The position numbers and the translations under genes are program-made. From an uncultured Candidatus Rokubacteria bacterium (GTDB taxonomy: Bacteria > Methylomirabilota > Methylomirabilia > Rokubacteriales > CSP1-6): DNA of 64,000 nucleotides. The stretch spans positions 1,024,001-1,088,000 of the forward strand of contig CAWBMV010000034.1 in the NCBI GenBank assembly GCA_963789955.1. Reading direction: 5' to 3'. The stretch's first letter is position 1; each line of letters begins with the position of its first letter. The notes beneath the pieces were generated by a model. That model saw only the letters and a list, made by a program, of their open reading frames with translations. It ran no database searches and had not been told where the DNA came from. Below, piece after piece: positions 41,751 through 53,199 of the stretch.

Positions 41751-41874
41751 CGCTCGATCGAGCAGCCGCCAGGCCGAGCACGCTCCGCCGAGGCGGCAGG
41801 TCATCGCCTCGGCGTCGACATCATTCTCGGTCGCCTCGCGTCGCCTGCCGTAGAATGCCTAGCGGTCACGACGA

Positions 41875-43377
41875 ATGGTTTCCCGCCGAGAGGAAGCGCT
41901 CATCTCTACTGCGCCCGCAAGGCTCACACGCCGCGAATTCGGCGGCGGACTCGTCGCGACGCTGGCCGTTCTGGGCGGTGGCTGCGCGACCATCTCGCCC
42001 AGCGAGGAGCGCAAGCTCGGGGAGGAGGCCGCCGAAGAGGTCGAGCGCACGGTCGGGCTCGTCAGCGATCCAAAGCTCGTCGGCTACGTCCGGCAGGTGG
42101 CCGGCCGGATCGCGGCGGCGGCGAAGCGCCCCGACGTGACCTGGGAGTTCAACGTGACGGACGACGTCGAGCCGAACGCGTTCGCGCTTCCCGGCGGGTA
42201 CGTCTACGTCACACGCGGGCTGGTCGCGCTCCTCAACAGCGAGGACGAGCTGGCCGGCGTGCTCGGCCACGAGATGGCGCACGTGCTGGAGCGCCACGCC
42301 GCGCGCCGCGCCGGCGCCGCGACCCCGTTCGCGCTGCTCTTCGGGGTGCCCGCGGGAATCCTCGGCGCGATCAGCCCGACGCTCGGCGGCATCATCGGAG
42401 GCACGGGAGAGCTCGCCTCGGGAATGGTCCTGGCGTCCTACAGTCGCGACCAGGAGCGTGACGCCGACCAGCGCGGCATCGGGCTGGCCGCCCGCGCCGG
42501 CTGGGACCCTGCCGGCCTCGCCAGCTTTCTCCACACGCTCCAGCGCGAAGAAGCGCTGACCGGCCACGACCCGAATCGTCCCGGCTTCTTCGCGACGCAC
42601 CCGGCCACCCCCGAACGGGTCGGGAACGTGCGCTCGGCCGCGCGCGCGCAGACGCGGGCGCCCGCGACGCCGATCGCCGGCACGCGCGGCGCGTTCCTGC
42701 GAAAGCTGGAAGGGCTCGTGGTGGGCGACAACCCGGCGTCCGGCGTGTTCCTGGGGTCGGTCTTCGTGCATCCCGGCTTCGACGTGGCGCTCGAGATGCC
42801 GGCGAAGTGGAAGACCATCAATACCGCCGAAGCGGCCGGCGCGGTCGCGCCCGACGGCGATGCGGCCGTCGTCCTCAGCCTCACCGGCCCTGGCGACGAT
42901 CCGATCGCCGCGGCTCGGGCCGACGGCCTTTCCGAGGCGCAGATGAAGCAGCTGCAGCGCACGCGCGTCTCGTCGCTTCCGGCGGCGCGGCTGGTCGCCG
43001 ACACGCGCGGCGGGCAGCGGGCCGTGCTCACCTGGATCGCGCATCGCCAGCGTGTGTTCCGCGTGACGGCCGTGGCGCGCGTGCGCGACTGGGGGCGCTA
43101 TGGCTCGGTCCTCGAACGAACCGCGGGAACCTTCCGGCCGATGCTCTTGAGTGATTACGAGCGGCTCGTCGAGAGCCGGCTGCGCGTCCGTGCGGCGGTC
43201 GCCGGCGAAACCGTCGCCGAGGTGCTCGCGCGGGGCGGGGGAGCCTGGAACGCGGCGCAGATGGCGGTGGCGAACGGAGTCACGCCCGACGCGAAGCTCG
43301 AGCCGGGCTGGCCGGTGAAGGTGCCCGTCTCCCGGCGCTACGACGGAAGTCGGGGTGAGGCGATGAGCGGCACGTGA
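41875..43377 (+). CDS. M48 family zinc metallopeptidase (BepA/YfgC-like), Tat/lipoprotein signal
   Basis: TRREFGGG..GGC, PNAFALPGG, GHEMAH, YSRDQERDAD, FATHP. Confidence 0.92.
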   Translation: MVSRREEALISTAPARLTRREFGGGLVATLAVLGGGCATISPSEERKLGEEAAEEVERTVGLVSDPKLVGYVRQVAGRIAAAAKRPDVTWEFNVTDDVEPNAFALPGGYVYVTRGLVALLNSEDELAGVLGHEMAHVLERHAARRAGAATPFALLFGVPAGILGAISPTLGGIIGGTGELASGMVLASYSRDQERDADQRGIGLAARAGWDPAGLASFLHTLQREEALTGHDPNRPGFFATHPATPERVGNVRSAARAQTRAPATPIAGTRGAFLRKLEGLVVGDNPASGVFLGSVFVHPGFDVALEMPAKWKTINTAEAAGAVAPDGDAAVVLSLTGPGDDPIAAARADGLSEAQMKQLQRTRVSSLPAARLVADTRGGQRAVLTWIAHRQRVFRVTAVARVRDWGRYGSVLERTAGTFRPMLLSDYERLVESRLRVRAAVAGETVAEVLARGGGAWNAAQMAVANGVTPDAKLEPGWPVKVPVSRRYDGSRGEAMSGT

Positions 43378-44077
43378 GCGTCATGCCAGGGCGCGCCACG
43401 TTCGCTCCCGGCCGCTTCCGTCTGCTTCTGGTGTCGCTGCTCGCGTTCATCGTCGGGACCGGCGGGGTCCCGGCGAGGCAGGCCGGGCGATCTCACCGAG
43501 TTCTTCCTTCTCGCGATGACGCTCACCGTCGCCGTCGTCGATCTGCGCGCGCACGGAGAGCACCGCTTCGTCCCCATCGCCGTGGCGGTATCCGTGATCT
43601 TCGTGAGCGTGGTGGACTACGCCGTGCGGCTCCGGCACCTGCCGTTGATCGCTAGCGCCGTCGTCGCCGTCTTCGCCGGGATCGGTGATCTGGCTCACCT
43701 ACGACGTCGGTGATGCGCCCGGACAGGCCGGTCGGCGACCGTATCGTCGGCGCGATTTGCGTCTACCTCATGATCGGGCTCGGCTGCGCAGCGTGTACGA
43801 GACGCTCGACGGCGTGATGCCGGGCTCGTTCCGCTTTCCCGCCGACACCGCCTGGAGCAGCACCGAGCACACTCCGCTACCGCTATTTTTCGTTCGTGAC
43901 GCTCGCGACCCTCGGCTACGGCGACGTGACCCCGGTGATCGGCGCTCGATGGGGACCCTGGCGTCGATGGAGGCCATCGCCGGCCAGCTCTACGTCGCGA
44001 TCACCGTCGCCCGCCTCGTCGCGCTCTCGATCGTTGATCGCGCCGACGCGGACCGGAGGCCGAAATCCGACGTCTGA
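43374..44077 (+). CDS. Two-TM potassium channel family protein (several frameshifts)
   Basis: GAICVYLMIGL, TLATLGYGDVTP selectivity filter, EAIAGQLYVAITVARLV. Confidence 0.8.
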
Positions 44078-44170
44078 GCCGTCGGTTCGCGTGGCGTACG
44101 GGAGCAGGACCGCTCTAGGGTCAAGCGTCGATTTCGAAGACGGAGAGCTCAAACCGGAAGGAGAGCGACG

Positions 44171-44294
44171 GTGGACGAGAACTCGAGCGACGACGAGCCC
44201 CGGCCTCGGGGCGCGCTCATTCTCATCCTGATCTATCTGCGCGCTCCTGGCGGCGTTCTGGCTCAATACCTACCTGCGCATCTGGAGGAGCTGA
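44171..44294 (+). CDS. cbaD: Cytochrome ba3 oxidase subunit IIa-like peptide (frameshift near 44240)
   Basis: Rejoined MDENSSDDEPRPRGALILILIYL.LLAAFWLNTYLRIWRS resembles Thermus CbaD (PKGALAVIL...FWLGVY); lies just upstream of subunit II. Confidence 0.7.
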
Positions 44295-44297
44295 GCC

Positions 44298-44793
44298 ATG
44301 GCGACGGGCCGACCCTCGACGGTGTACCTCTGGGAGCTCGCCTGGATCCTGCCGAGCATCGCCCTGCCGGTCGGCATGCTCGCGGCGCTCGCCGTGACCG
44401 CGTTCGGCGCCGGCATCAACGTCGCGGGTGATCAAGGCCGAGTCGACCCGACGAAGGTCGCCGAGCACGCGCTCTTCAAGGATCCCGGCGTCGGCCGAGA
44501 TCGCGCCGGGACAGTACGAAGTCCGGATGACCAGTCAGATCTGGGCGTTCGCGCCGGCCGAGATTCGCGTGCCGGCCGGCTCCACGGTCCACTTCTGGGC
44601 GACCAGCAAGGATCTGGTCCACGGGCTCTTCGTCCCGCGCCACAACGTCAACGTGATGCTGCTGCCCGGGCAGATCGCGCACGCCCAGGCGCGCTTCGAC
44701 ACGCCGGGCGAGTATCCGATCATCTGCCACGAGTACTGTGGCATCGCCCACCACACGATGGCGGGCAAGATCATCGTCGAGGCCAGGCGATGA
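44298..44793 (+). CDS. cbaB: Cytochrome ba3 oxidase subunit II (CuA) (frameshift near 44490)
   Basis: One TM helix, WAFAPAEIRVPAG, TSKDLVHG, CHEYCGIAHHTM. Confidence 0.92.
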
Positions 44794-46417
44794 CCCGGGT
44801 CGAAGAGCGCCTCGCCGCGGCGAACGTCATCGTCGCCCTCGTCGCGCTCTTCGGCGGCGTGGTGACCGGGCTCTTCCAGGCTCTGGAGTACGCGGGCGTC
44901 GAGATCTACCCCTTGCTGGCGCCGGTGATCCGCTCCCACTACCACAGCGTCACGATGCACGGCGTGCTCAACGTCCTCGTGTTCACGACGTTCTTCATCT
45001 GCGGCTTCCTGCCCTTCATCTTCAGCCGGTCGCTGCAGGCGCCGCTGGCGAGCGCGCGCCTGGGCTGGGTCACCTTCTGGGTCATGGTGGCGGGCCTCGT
45101 GCTGGCGGCGATTCCGCTGGTCGGCAACGCGGCGACGGTCATGTTCACGTTCTATCCGCCGCTCAAGGCGCACTGGGCCTTCTATATCGGGCTGACGCTC
45201 GTCGTCGTGGGCACCTGGCTGGTCACCCTGAATCTCGTGCTCACGTGGCGCGCCTGGCGCGCGCGCAATCCCGGACGACGGACGCCGCTGGCGGCGTTCA
45301 TGTCGCTCGTCACGTTCGCGATGTGGACGATCGCGTCGATCGGCCTCGCGGCCGAGATGCTCGCTGCTCCTCATCCCGTGGTCGCTCGGGCTCGTCGGCG
45401 GAACCGACGCGCTGCTGGCGCGGACGCTCTTCTGGTTCACCGGCCACCCGATCGTCTACTTCTGGCTCCTGCCCGCGTACGTCTCGTGGTACACGCTGGT
45501 GCCGCGGCAGGCCGGCGGCAAGCTCTTCAGCGATCCGATGGCGCGGACCTCGTTCATCTTGTTCCTGATCCTCTCCACGCCGATCGGCATCCACCACCAG
45601 TACGCGGATCCCGGCATCCATCAGGCCTGGAAGCTCCTGCACGCCCTCCTGACCTTCGCGGTCTTCTTTCCGAGCCTGCTGACGTTCTTCAATGTCACCG
45701 CCTCGCTCGAGACGGCCGGACGGGCGCGCGGCGGCCGGGGATGGCTCAGCTGGTTCACGAAGCTCCCGTGGGCCGATCCCTCGGTCGCGGCGCAGGTGCT
45801 GGCGATGGTGCTGTTCGCGTTCGGCGGGATCGGCGGCCTGATCAACGCGTCCTTCAACGTGAACATGGTCGTGCACAACACGGCGTACATCGTCGGCCAC
45901 CTCCACCTCACGGTCGGGACGGCGGTCGCGCTGACCTTCATGGGGATCAGCTACTGGCTGGTGCCGCACCTCGCGGGGCGCGCGCTGTTCAGCCGGCGCT
46001 CGCGCTCGCGCAGGTCTGGCTCTGGTTCGGCGGCATGCTGATCTTCTCGCCGACCCTGCACGAGCTCGGGCTGCGCGGCATGCCGCGCCGGACCATGATC
46101 GGCCACGTCTCGTACATGCAGCCGGAGTGGAAGACCTTGCTGCCGCTGGTGGGGATCGGCGGCGCGATCCTCTTCGTGAGCGCGATCTCTTCTTCCTCAA
46201 CATGATCCTCACGGCGACGGTCTCGCGACGCGTCCCGCAGCCGGTTCCCGAATTCGCCGACACGGTGTCCGGACCGGATCACGCGCCCGCGTTCGTGGAT
46301 CGCTGGCAGCCCTGGCTCGCGGCGGCCGTCATCCTCATCGTGATCGCCTACGGGCCGACCCTGGTTCGGCTCGCCGTCACGACGCCGCTGACGACGCCGG
46401 GTCTTCGAGTCTGGTAA
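44790..46417 (+). CDS. cbaA: B-family (ba3-type) heme-copper oxidase subunit I (frameshifts near 45362, 46000, 46187)
   Basis: TMHGVLN, FTFYPPL, FWFTGHPIVYFWLLPAYVSWY, GIHHQYADPGI, PSLLT, HNTAYIVGHLHLT, GMPRRT. Confidence 0.92.
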
Positions 46418-46480
46418 GCCTTCGATACGACCAAGGTCGCATAGGCACACGTACACGATCGCGAGTATCGTCGGGCCGCG

Positions 46481-46888
46481 ATGAAGGTCTTGCGGGTCGG
46501 ATTGTCCGCGCTCTTGCTGCTGGCCGCTGCGGTCGCTGTCGCCGGCGCCGCGCCACCATACGACGGCTCGAAGCCGATGCAATGCTCGATCGAGACCGTG
46601 ATGGTGTGCAGCGATCCCAACGTCTGCGTGCGCGGATCCGCGGCGACCGTCAACCTGCCGCCGGTCCTCAACGTCGACGTCGGGAAGCGTCTGATCAGCG
46701 GGGCCGCGACCGGCCGCACCATCAAGATCGCCTGGGTCAACAACGACGGCGGGCGGCTCCTCGTCGGTGGAACGGAGCTGGCCGGCGGCTGGACGATGTC
46801 GGTCGCCGCGGAATCGGGCGTGATGTCGAGTGCCGTCATCGTCCGCAGCGGCGGTTTTCTCCTGTTCGGCACCTGTTCGGCGAACTGA
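46481..46888 (+). CDS. Hypothetical exported protein with Cys cluster
   Basis: Signal peptide; CSIETVMVCSDPNVC and C-terminal FGTC. Confidence 0.7.
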   Translation: MKVLRVGLSALLLLAAAVAVAGAAPPYDGSKPMQCSIETVMVCSDPNVCVRGSAATVNLPPVLNVDVGKRLISGAATGRTIKIAWVNNDGGRLLVGGTELAGGWTMSVAAESGVMSSAVIVRSGGFLLFGTCSAN

Positions 46889-46948
46889 TCGAGCGCGGTC
46901 AGCGCGGACAGCCCGCAGAAACCTTCCAGTCCGCAGTCGAGGTGAGCC

Positions 46949-47815
46949 ATGAGCATGCTCAGGACCGTTGCGTTGGCGATCGTGCTGGTCTGCGTGGTCC
47001 CGGCTCCGGCGCCGGCCCAAGATCTACAGGGCACCCTGAAGAAGATCAAGGACAGCGGGACGATCGTCATCGGGTATCGCGAGCAGTCCCTGCCGTTCTC
47101 GTTCCGCGGCGACGACGGCAAGCCCACCGGCTATTCGATCGACCTCTGCCAGCGGATCGTGACGGGTGTCCAGCAGCAGCTCAAGCTGCCGAAGCTCGAC
47201 GTGAAGTGGGTGGCGGTGACGGTCGACACCCGGATTACGGCGGTCGTCAACGGGACGATCGACCTCGAGTGCGGCTCGACGACGAGCTCACTCGGCCGCC
47301 AGGAGCAGGTCGACTTCAGCAACATGACCTTCGTCGACGGCGGCAGCCTTCTCGTCAAGACGACCAGCAACTTCGCCACGTTTCAGGATCTCGGCGGCAA
47401 GAAGATCGGCATCATTCCCGGCACCACCACCGACGGAGCGCTGCGCACGGTGCTCCAGAAGACGTCCGTCACCGCGACGATCGTTCCGGTGACGGACCAC
47501 CTCGGAGGTCTGGCGGCGCTGGAGAGCGGGAGCATCGACGCGTATGCATCCGATCGCGTCATTCTCATCGGGCTCGCGGCGACCGCCAAGAACCCGGGGC
47601 AGTTCGCGATCGCCGAGCATTATCTATCCTATGAGCCCTACGGCTTCATGATGCGGCGCGGAGACGCGCCGTTCAGGCTGGCCGTCAACCGCGTCCTGTC
47701 CAGCCTCTACCGGTCGGGTGAGATCGTACAGATCTACGGCCGCTGGTTCGGCAAGCTCGGTCCTCCACCGAAGATCCTGATCGCGATGTACGCGCTGTAC
47801 GCGCTGCCCGAATAG
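46949..47815 (+). CDS. Amino acid ABC substrate-binding protein (GltI-like, family 3)
   Basis: TLKKIKDSGTIVIGYREQSLPFSF, GYSIDLC, IDLECGSTT, EPYGFM. Confidence 0.9.
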   Translation: MSMLRTVALAIVLVCVVPAPAPAQDLQGTLKKIKDSGTIVIGYREQSLPFSFRGDDGKPTGYSIDLCQRIVTGVQQQLKLPKLDVKWVAVTVDTRITAVVNGTIDLECGSTTSSLGRQEQVDFSNMTFVDGGSLLVKTTSNFATFQDLGGKKIGIIPGTTTDGALRTVLQKTSVTATIVPVTDHLGGLAALESGSIDAYASDRVILIGLAATAKNPGQFAIAEHYLSYEPYGFMMRRGDAPFRLAVNRVLSSLYRSGEIVQIYGRWFGKLGPPPKILIAMYALYALPE

Positions 47816-47858
47816 CCGTCGTCGGGCCGGATCGCGGCGGCGCGCGGTCCGACGGCGG
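47816..47858. terminator. Hairpin between convergent genes (possible terminator)
   Basis: CCGTCGTCGGGCCG / CGGTCCGACGGCGG 14-bp stem with 2 G-U pairs; no U-tract. Confidence 0.4.
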
Positions 47859-47862
47859 ACCG

Positions 47863-50241
47863 CTACGGACGAGAAGACGCGGCCGGCGCCGGTGTGCGCA
47901 TGGGCACCACGATCTCGACCAGCTCGTCCGGCCGCCCGGCCTTCAGGGCGCCAGCCCGGCGACGCCTGCAGATCGCTCCATCGCAGGCGGCCGTGGACAC
48001 CCCACGGGAGCATCCTCACACGACCGGCCGAGGGCTCGACGCGTACCTCGACGAAGCTCTGGAAGAACGGCGCCACGTTGTAGTCGAAGGCCGCCGACAG
48101 CCACTCGACGGAGAACGGCCAGGCTCCGAACTGCTTGGTCCACACCCAGAACGGCCACTTCCAGCCTGGGGTGTGTGAAAGTCGATCTTCGCGGTCAGAG
48201 CCGCGGTGCTCGGGTGAAACGCCCACTGCGGCACGGCGGGTGAAGCCGGCCACGCCAGCGCCGTCCCCGACGAGAGGTAGGCGCCCCCGCCGCCGTTGAC
48301 CACGTGGTACATCACGCGGTCCGCTCCCTCGGCCTGATAACGCTCGACGTAGAGCTCGAGGTCGTGCGTGTCGCCGGCCATCACGATCTCGACCCTGAAC
48401 TCGTGCATGAGCTCGTGGAGAACGGTGAAGTCCGGATCGCCGGCGGCCTGGTAGTTCCCGCCCGCATACAGCGGATGTCCGAGGATCGACCATCGTGAAC
48501 TTGCCGCGCGATTGCTCGAGCGCCGCGCGGAGCCACGCGAGCTGATCGGCATCGACGCGCCGGAGCACGCCGGTGTCGACCGCGATGAGCGCGAAGCGAT
48601 CGGTCTGGATCTGGAAGTAAGGCGCGCGCTGGAACCCGGTGGGCATCCCATACTCGCGTCGGAGGCGCGCGGCCTCACCGATCAGCCACCCGATGCGATC
48701 GTCGGTCGTGCTGGTGAGCCGGTTGTCGGCCTCGACCCGCGCGCGCATGGCGACCCTGGCGGCCTCGGGCGTGAAGAACGTCGCCACGAAGCCTTCGAGG
48801 GCGTCGTACCAGTCATGGTTGCCCGGGATCGCGTAGACGGGCTTGTCGAATCCCTTGAACGGCAGCCAGAAGTTCGCCTCGTAGTCCTTCATCGCCCCGG
48901 TCGGATAGATGACATCGGACGAGATGACCATGAAGCGCACGTCGGCGGAGTGCCGGCCCGGATGATCTGATCGCGCAGGACGTGCTGCGAGGCGTCGCCC
49001 TCGCCCGGGTCGCCGATCACCAGGAACGCGAAGTCTCCGCCGGTTCCCGGCGGCTCGATCGCGAGCGCGCCGGCGGATCCGCTGCGGCGCCGTCGAGGCA
49101 AGGACCGCACGCGTCATCGCGACACGCCAGGTGTCGGTCCGGTGCTCGGCCCAGGAGTTGTAGACACTGGCCGCCCAGTTCTCGGAGTTGAAGTACCAGC
49201 TCATCCCCCAGATCGGGACCGTCGCCACGAAGACCGCGACGACCGGCAGGCCCATCTGCACGCCGCGCTCGATGACGAACGGCAAGGAGTCGCGCATCTG
49301 ATGGAAGCGGATCCAGATCCGGAGGCTCCGGACGAGATAGCGCCGAAGCAGTCGGTCGAGGAGCCGCGGCGACGGCTCGACGGAGCTCGCAACGAGCCGG
49401 GCCCACCCCCGGCGCTCCAGCGGCCACGTGGCACGCCGCAGCGCGAGTCGGTGGGGCCCATCACGCCGAGGGCCAGGAGCATGGCCGCCACGAGATCGCC
49501 CAGCACCGCGAAGACCGGCGCGACCAGACCCACGATGGTCCACTCGGCTTCCATGCGACCGACGTGGGTGGCGAAGAGGATGGCCACGATCGCGGCGATC
49601 CAGCGCCGGTCGTAGGGCCGGCGCGCCGTCTCCTCTCGAGTCAGACGCTCGCCGAGTCGGATCAGATCGGGACTGTCCGGTAAGTCAAAGCTCTGCATCA
49701 GGGTCGCGGCGTCGCGGGAGGGCGGCGGCGACGTGACCATGTTCCATCCCACCCCGACGATGCGCAGCGCGCCGGCGATCGCGATGGCCCACAGGGTGGT
49801 GCGTCTCCACAGCAGCGAGGAGGAAGATGGCCATCGCGACGTCGCCGGCGATGGCCAGGGCGATCATCAGTCGTCGTTCGACGATCCTGACCGCGGCGGA
49901 GCTCGACGGCCCGCTGCACGGCGTCGATCACGAACGACGCGCCGAGCAGCCACGTCAACGCGGTCTCGGCCAGCGCCGGCGCGCTGACGACCAGCAAGCC
50001 CCATCAGAAAGGTGAGGCCGGCGCTCGAATACGCCGATCGCTGGATGTCCTCGCGGACGCGCCGGAACGCGTGCAGCGCTTCGAGCAGGCCCGCGATCAT
50101 CAGCAGCGTCCCGACGAGTCGCAGGGCGCCCGGCCCCACGAGGAGCGGCGCGGCGGCGGCGAGCCCCGCGAGCACGAGCGCGAAGGTTCCGAGGCCGAAC
50201 CGCTCGCGCTGGACCTCTTGCGGGGAGAGCGAAGCGGTCAA
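47863..50241 (-). CDS. Membrane-anchored metallophosphoesterase with N-terminal HdeD/DUF308-like TM region (many frameshifts)
   Basis: N-terminal LLMIAGLLEALHAFRR-type helices; IGDPGEGD, SSDVIYP, IPGNHDWYD, ILGHP, AGDTHD calcineurin-like motifs. Confidence 0.8.
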
Positions 50242-50254
50242 CGGCTCACGGCGG

Positions 50255-51423
50255 TCACGGTCGGGCCCAGGCGCTGCCGACCTGGATGTAGACCGCGGTG
50301 TTATCCGGGGCGAACGCGAGATCGATGCCCATGTGAATGCCGTACTTGCGCGCGATCTCGTAGCGAACGCCGAAGCCGCCGGTCACGATCGTCTGCGTAT
50401 TGTGCAGTCGTTCGAAGTCGTTCCACGCCGCGCCGAAGCCGGCGAAGCCCACCGCGCTGAAGCGATTCCAGAACTGCCAGCGGAGCTCGGCCTCGATCTG
50501 CGCCACCTCGTCGCCCTGATAGCGCATGATCGGCGCGCCGCGGAGCGTGATGAAGGGCCGCAGATAGAACGGCGCGTCGCCGAAGATCGCCGCGCCGTCG
50601 GCGCGGAGCCCGAGATAGAGCGTGCGGAGCAACGGGACGTACTGGATCGCGATCAGCTGCACGCGCTGAAACTCGTCGTCCGCGCCCAGCGCGGGGTCGA
50701 ACACACCCACCAGGGCCTCGACGAACGTGCCCCGAAGCGGCGTGAACAGGTTGTCTCGCGTGTCGTAGGTGAAGGACGGCGTCAGCCCGCCCACGTTTGA
50801 ATCGCGCGTGAAATCCGGCAGCCCCGGCGTTCCGGCGGGCGCGTCGAACGTGACGCGCGTCACGGCGAAGGCGTACCCGAGACCTGCCCAGAAGGTCGAG
50901 TCGCCCAGCCGGTACTTGGCCCGCACGACCCCGCCGGTGGGCTCGAGGTTGTACCGAAGAGGGTGGTCGTCCAGTCGCGCGTCCTGACCGATGCCGTGGA
51001 AGTCGAGATTGGCCGACATATGGGTGAACCCCACCTGCGTCTCGAGCCGGTCATCGAACCAATGTCGCACGTCGCCGACCAGAACGCCCCACGAGCCATT
51101 CTCGGTTCCGAGTCCCCCGCGATCGTGATGTCCGGCCGGCCGAAGCCTGCTCGTGCCTCTCCCAGCGGCCGGCTGAGAAACGCCAGCCCCACGGCCGCGC
51201 CGTACCCGACGGCGGGCTCCGTGATCGGAATGAGGACCGGAAGAAATCCGTACTTCTCGTCGAGGAAGCCACTCACGTCGGGCCATCCGTCGTCCGCGGA
51301 GCGAAACTTCGACGGCGCCGGCGTCGTGTCCGAAGGTTTCTCGATGGTCATCTGCGCCGCGGCCGGCGATGCGCACAAGGTCAGGGCGGCGATCAAGGTC
51401 GAGATCGCGTGAATGGCCCGCAT
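50255..51423 (-). CDS. Omp85/BamA-TamA-like outer membrane beta-barrel lacking POTRA domains (frameshift near 51115)
   Basis: Signal peptide MRAIHAI...AAAQ; PITEPAVGYG, YDTRDNLFTP, LRGAPIMRYQG, C-terminal YIQVGSAW. Confidence 0.8.
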
Positions 51424-51866
51424 CGAGTGGACGACCGCTTGCCTTACCTTTCGTGTCCCGCGAAGCCCATCGGCCGACGCGTTCATGAATTAGCGTACAG
51501 ATCCACCCCCCGCGGCGTGGCGCGTTCAACGCGAGGATTTTACCGCCTGAGACTGGATCGGCCTGACGCTCTATAAGGCGTATGTCCCTAGGACTACGGT
51601 CGCAGTCGCCGCGCTCGGGTGAGGCGAATCGGGTCGCCGAACCGATTTTCGGCCCCGCGGCGGCAAAGGGTCGATCGGCTCTCGCGGCGCTGTCCCGCGA
51701 TCGCGAACGGCTCCGTCTCGGGGATGAGCCCAAGGTCGCATATCCACACGGCGAACTTGAAGTTAAAAGGGGCGGCGGGGCAGGCGAACGGTCGGCAACG
51801 ACGGTCGCTCCGCGACGAAGGAGGCCACCACGAATGATGACCACACGCCGGACACACCGCGTCCGA

Positions 51867-53171
51867 ATGCAGGCGATCGCCCTTACTCTACTGGCATCGG
51901 CCGCCTGGTGGCCGATAGCGGCATCCGCCGAGGACGCGCCGCCGCCGCCGCTGGCGCCGGCGCTCGAGCGGCTCATTCCCCAGTCTCAATGAAGAGCGGA
52001 AGACGTGGACGCCGTTCTTCCGGGACGCCGATCTCACCTTGCATCTGCGGACCTACTACTTCAATCGGACCAAGCCCGACGATTCCGTCAACGAAGCCCT
52101 GGCTTTCGGAGGTTGGATCGGCGTCAAGTCCGGCTGGCTCTTCGACACGTTCGCGATGGGCGCGACCCTGTACGGCTCGGCGCCTCTGTACGCGCCCGAC
52201 GACAGGGACGGTACGACGCTCCTCAAGCCGGGACAGAAGGGCTACTACGTCCCGGGTGAGGCGTGGGGCGCGCTCCGATACAAGGACTACGCTCTGCTCA
52301 CCGGCTATCGACAGCTGGTCGACCAGGCGTACATCAACCCCCAGGACAACCGGATGACGCCCAACACCTTCGAGGGCGTGACCCTCGGAGGCAAATTCGA
52401 CTGGGTCAGATATCTCGTCGGGTATCTCTGGAAGATCAAGCCTCGCAACTCCGACGAGTTCATCAGCATGTCCGAGCAGGCCGGCGCGGCAAACTCGAAC
52501 GACGGCGCCGGCCTGGCCGGCGTCACCCTGACGCCATTGAAGGGGCTGAAGTTCAATCTGGCCAACCAGTACGGGGTCAACACCTTCAACACGATCTACG
52601 CGGACGCCGACTATCTGTACCCGCTGAGTGATGCCTGGAAACTCCGGCTCGGCGCCCAGCTCACGGACCAGCGCGCCGTGGGCGACGGGCTCGTGCCGGT
52701 CTCGAAACGGTACTGGGTGACGCAGCAAGGCGGCGGGCGCGTCCAGCTGATCTACCAGGATCTCACGCTCACGACGGCCTTCTCGATCACCGGCGCCGGC
52801 AACACCATCCAGAACCCCTGGGGCAGCTTTCCTGGATATCTCTCGTGATCGATCAGGACTTCGACCGCGCCAACGAGAAGGCCTGGTTGGTCGGCGCGGC
52901 TTACGATTTCTCGAAGGTCCTGACCGAGGGGCTGAGCGGGAACTTCAACTTCGTCTGGGGCACCGACGCCATCAACCCGACGACGCGGCAGAAAGCCCCG
53001 AATCAAGGCGAGTACGACTTCACCGTCGACTACCGGCCACCGTGGATCACGCCCACGCCCTTGCGCGGGCTCTGGTTCCGCGCGCGAGCCGCGGTTCTCG
53101 ATCAGCAGAACGCCGCCACGACGGGCTATCAGTTCCGAATCATCATCAACTGGGAGCGGGATCTGTTCTGA
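51867..53171 (+). CDS. OprD-family outer membrane porin (frameshifts near 51990 and 52845; start may be 51834)
   Basis: Signal peptide; LHLRTYYFNR, GYRQLVD, DNRMTPNTFEG, DFDRANEKAW, C-terminal FRIIINWERDLF. Confidence 0.8.
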
Positions 53172-53199
53172 TCCCGGTCCGTTAGAAGGAGATTTTCGA

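Noticed and set aside
44790..46417. Nitric oxide reductase derived from B-family oxidases
   Set aside because: The cross-linking Tyr (HPIVY) and B-family proton-channel residues are retained, consistent with an O2 reductase.
51428..51443. GG-N10-GC (TGGACGACCGCTTGCC) as a sigma54 promoter
   Set aside because: Poor -24 match, directly beside the start of the opposite-strand gene and ~400 nt from oprD; likely chance.
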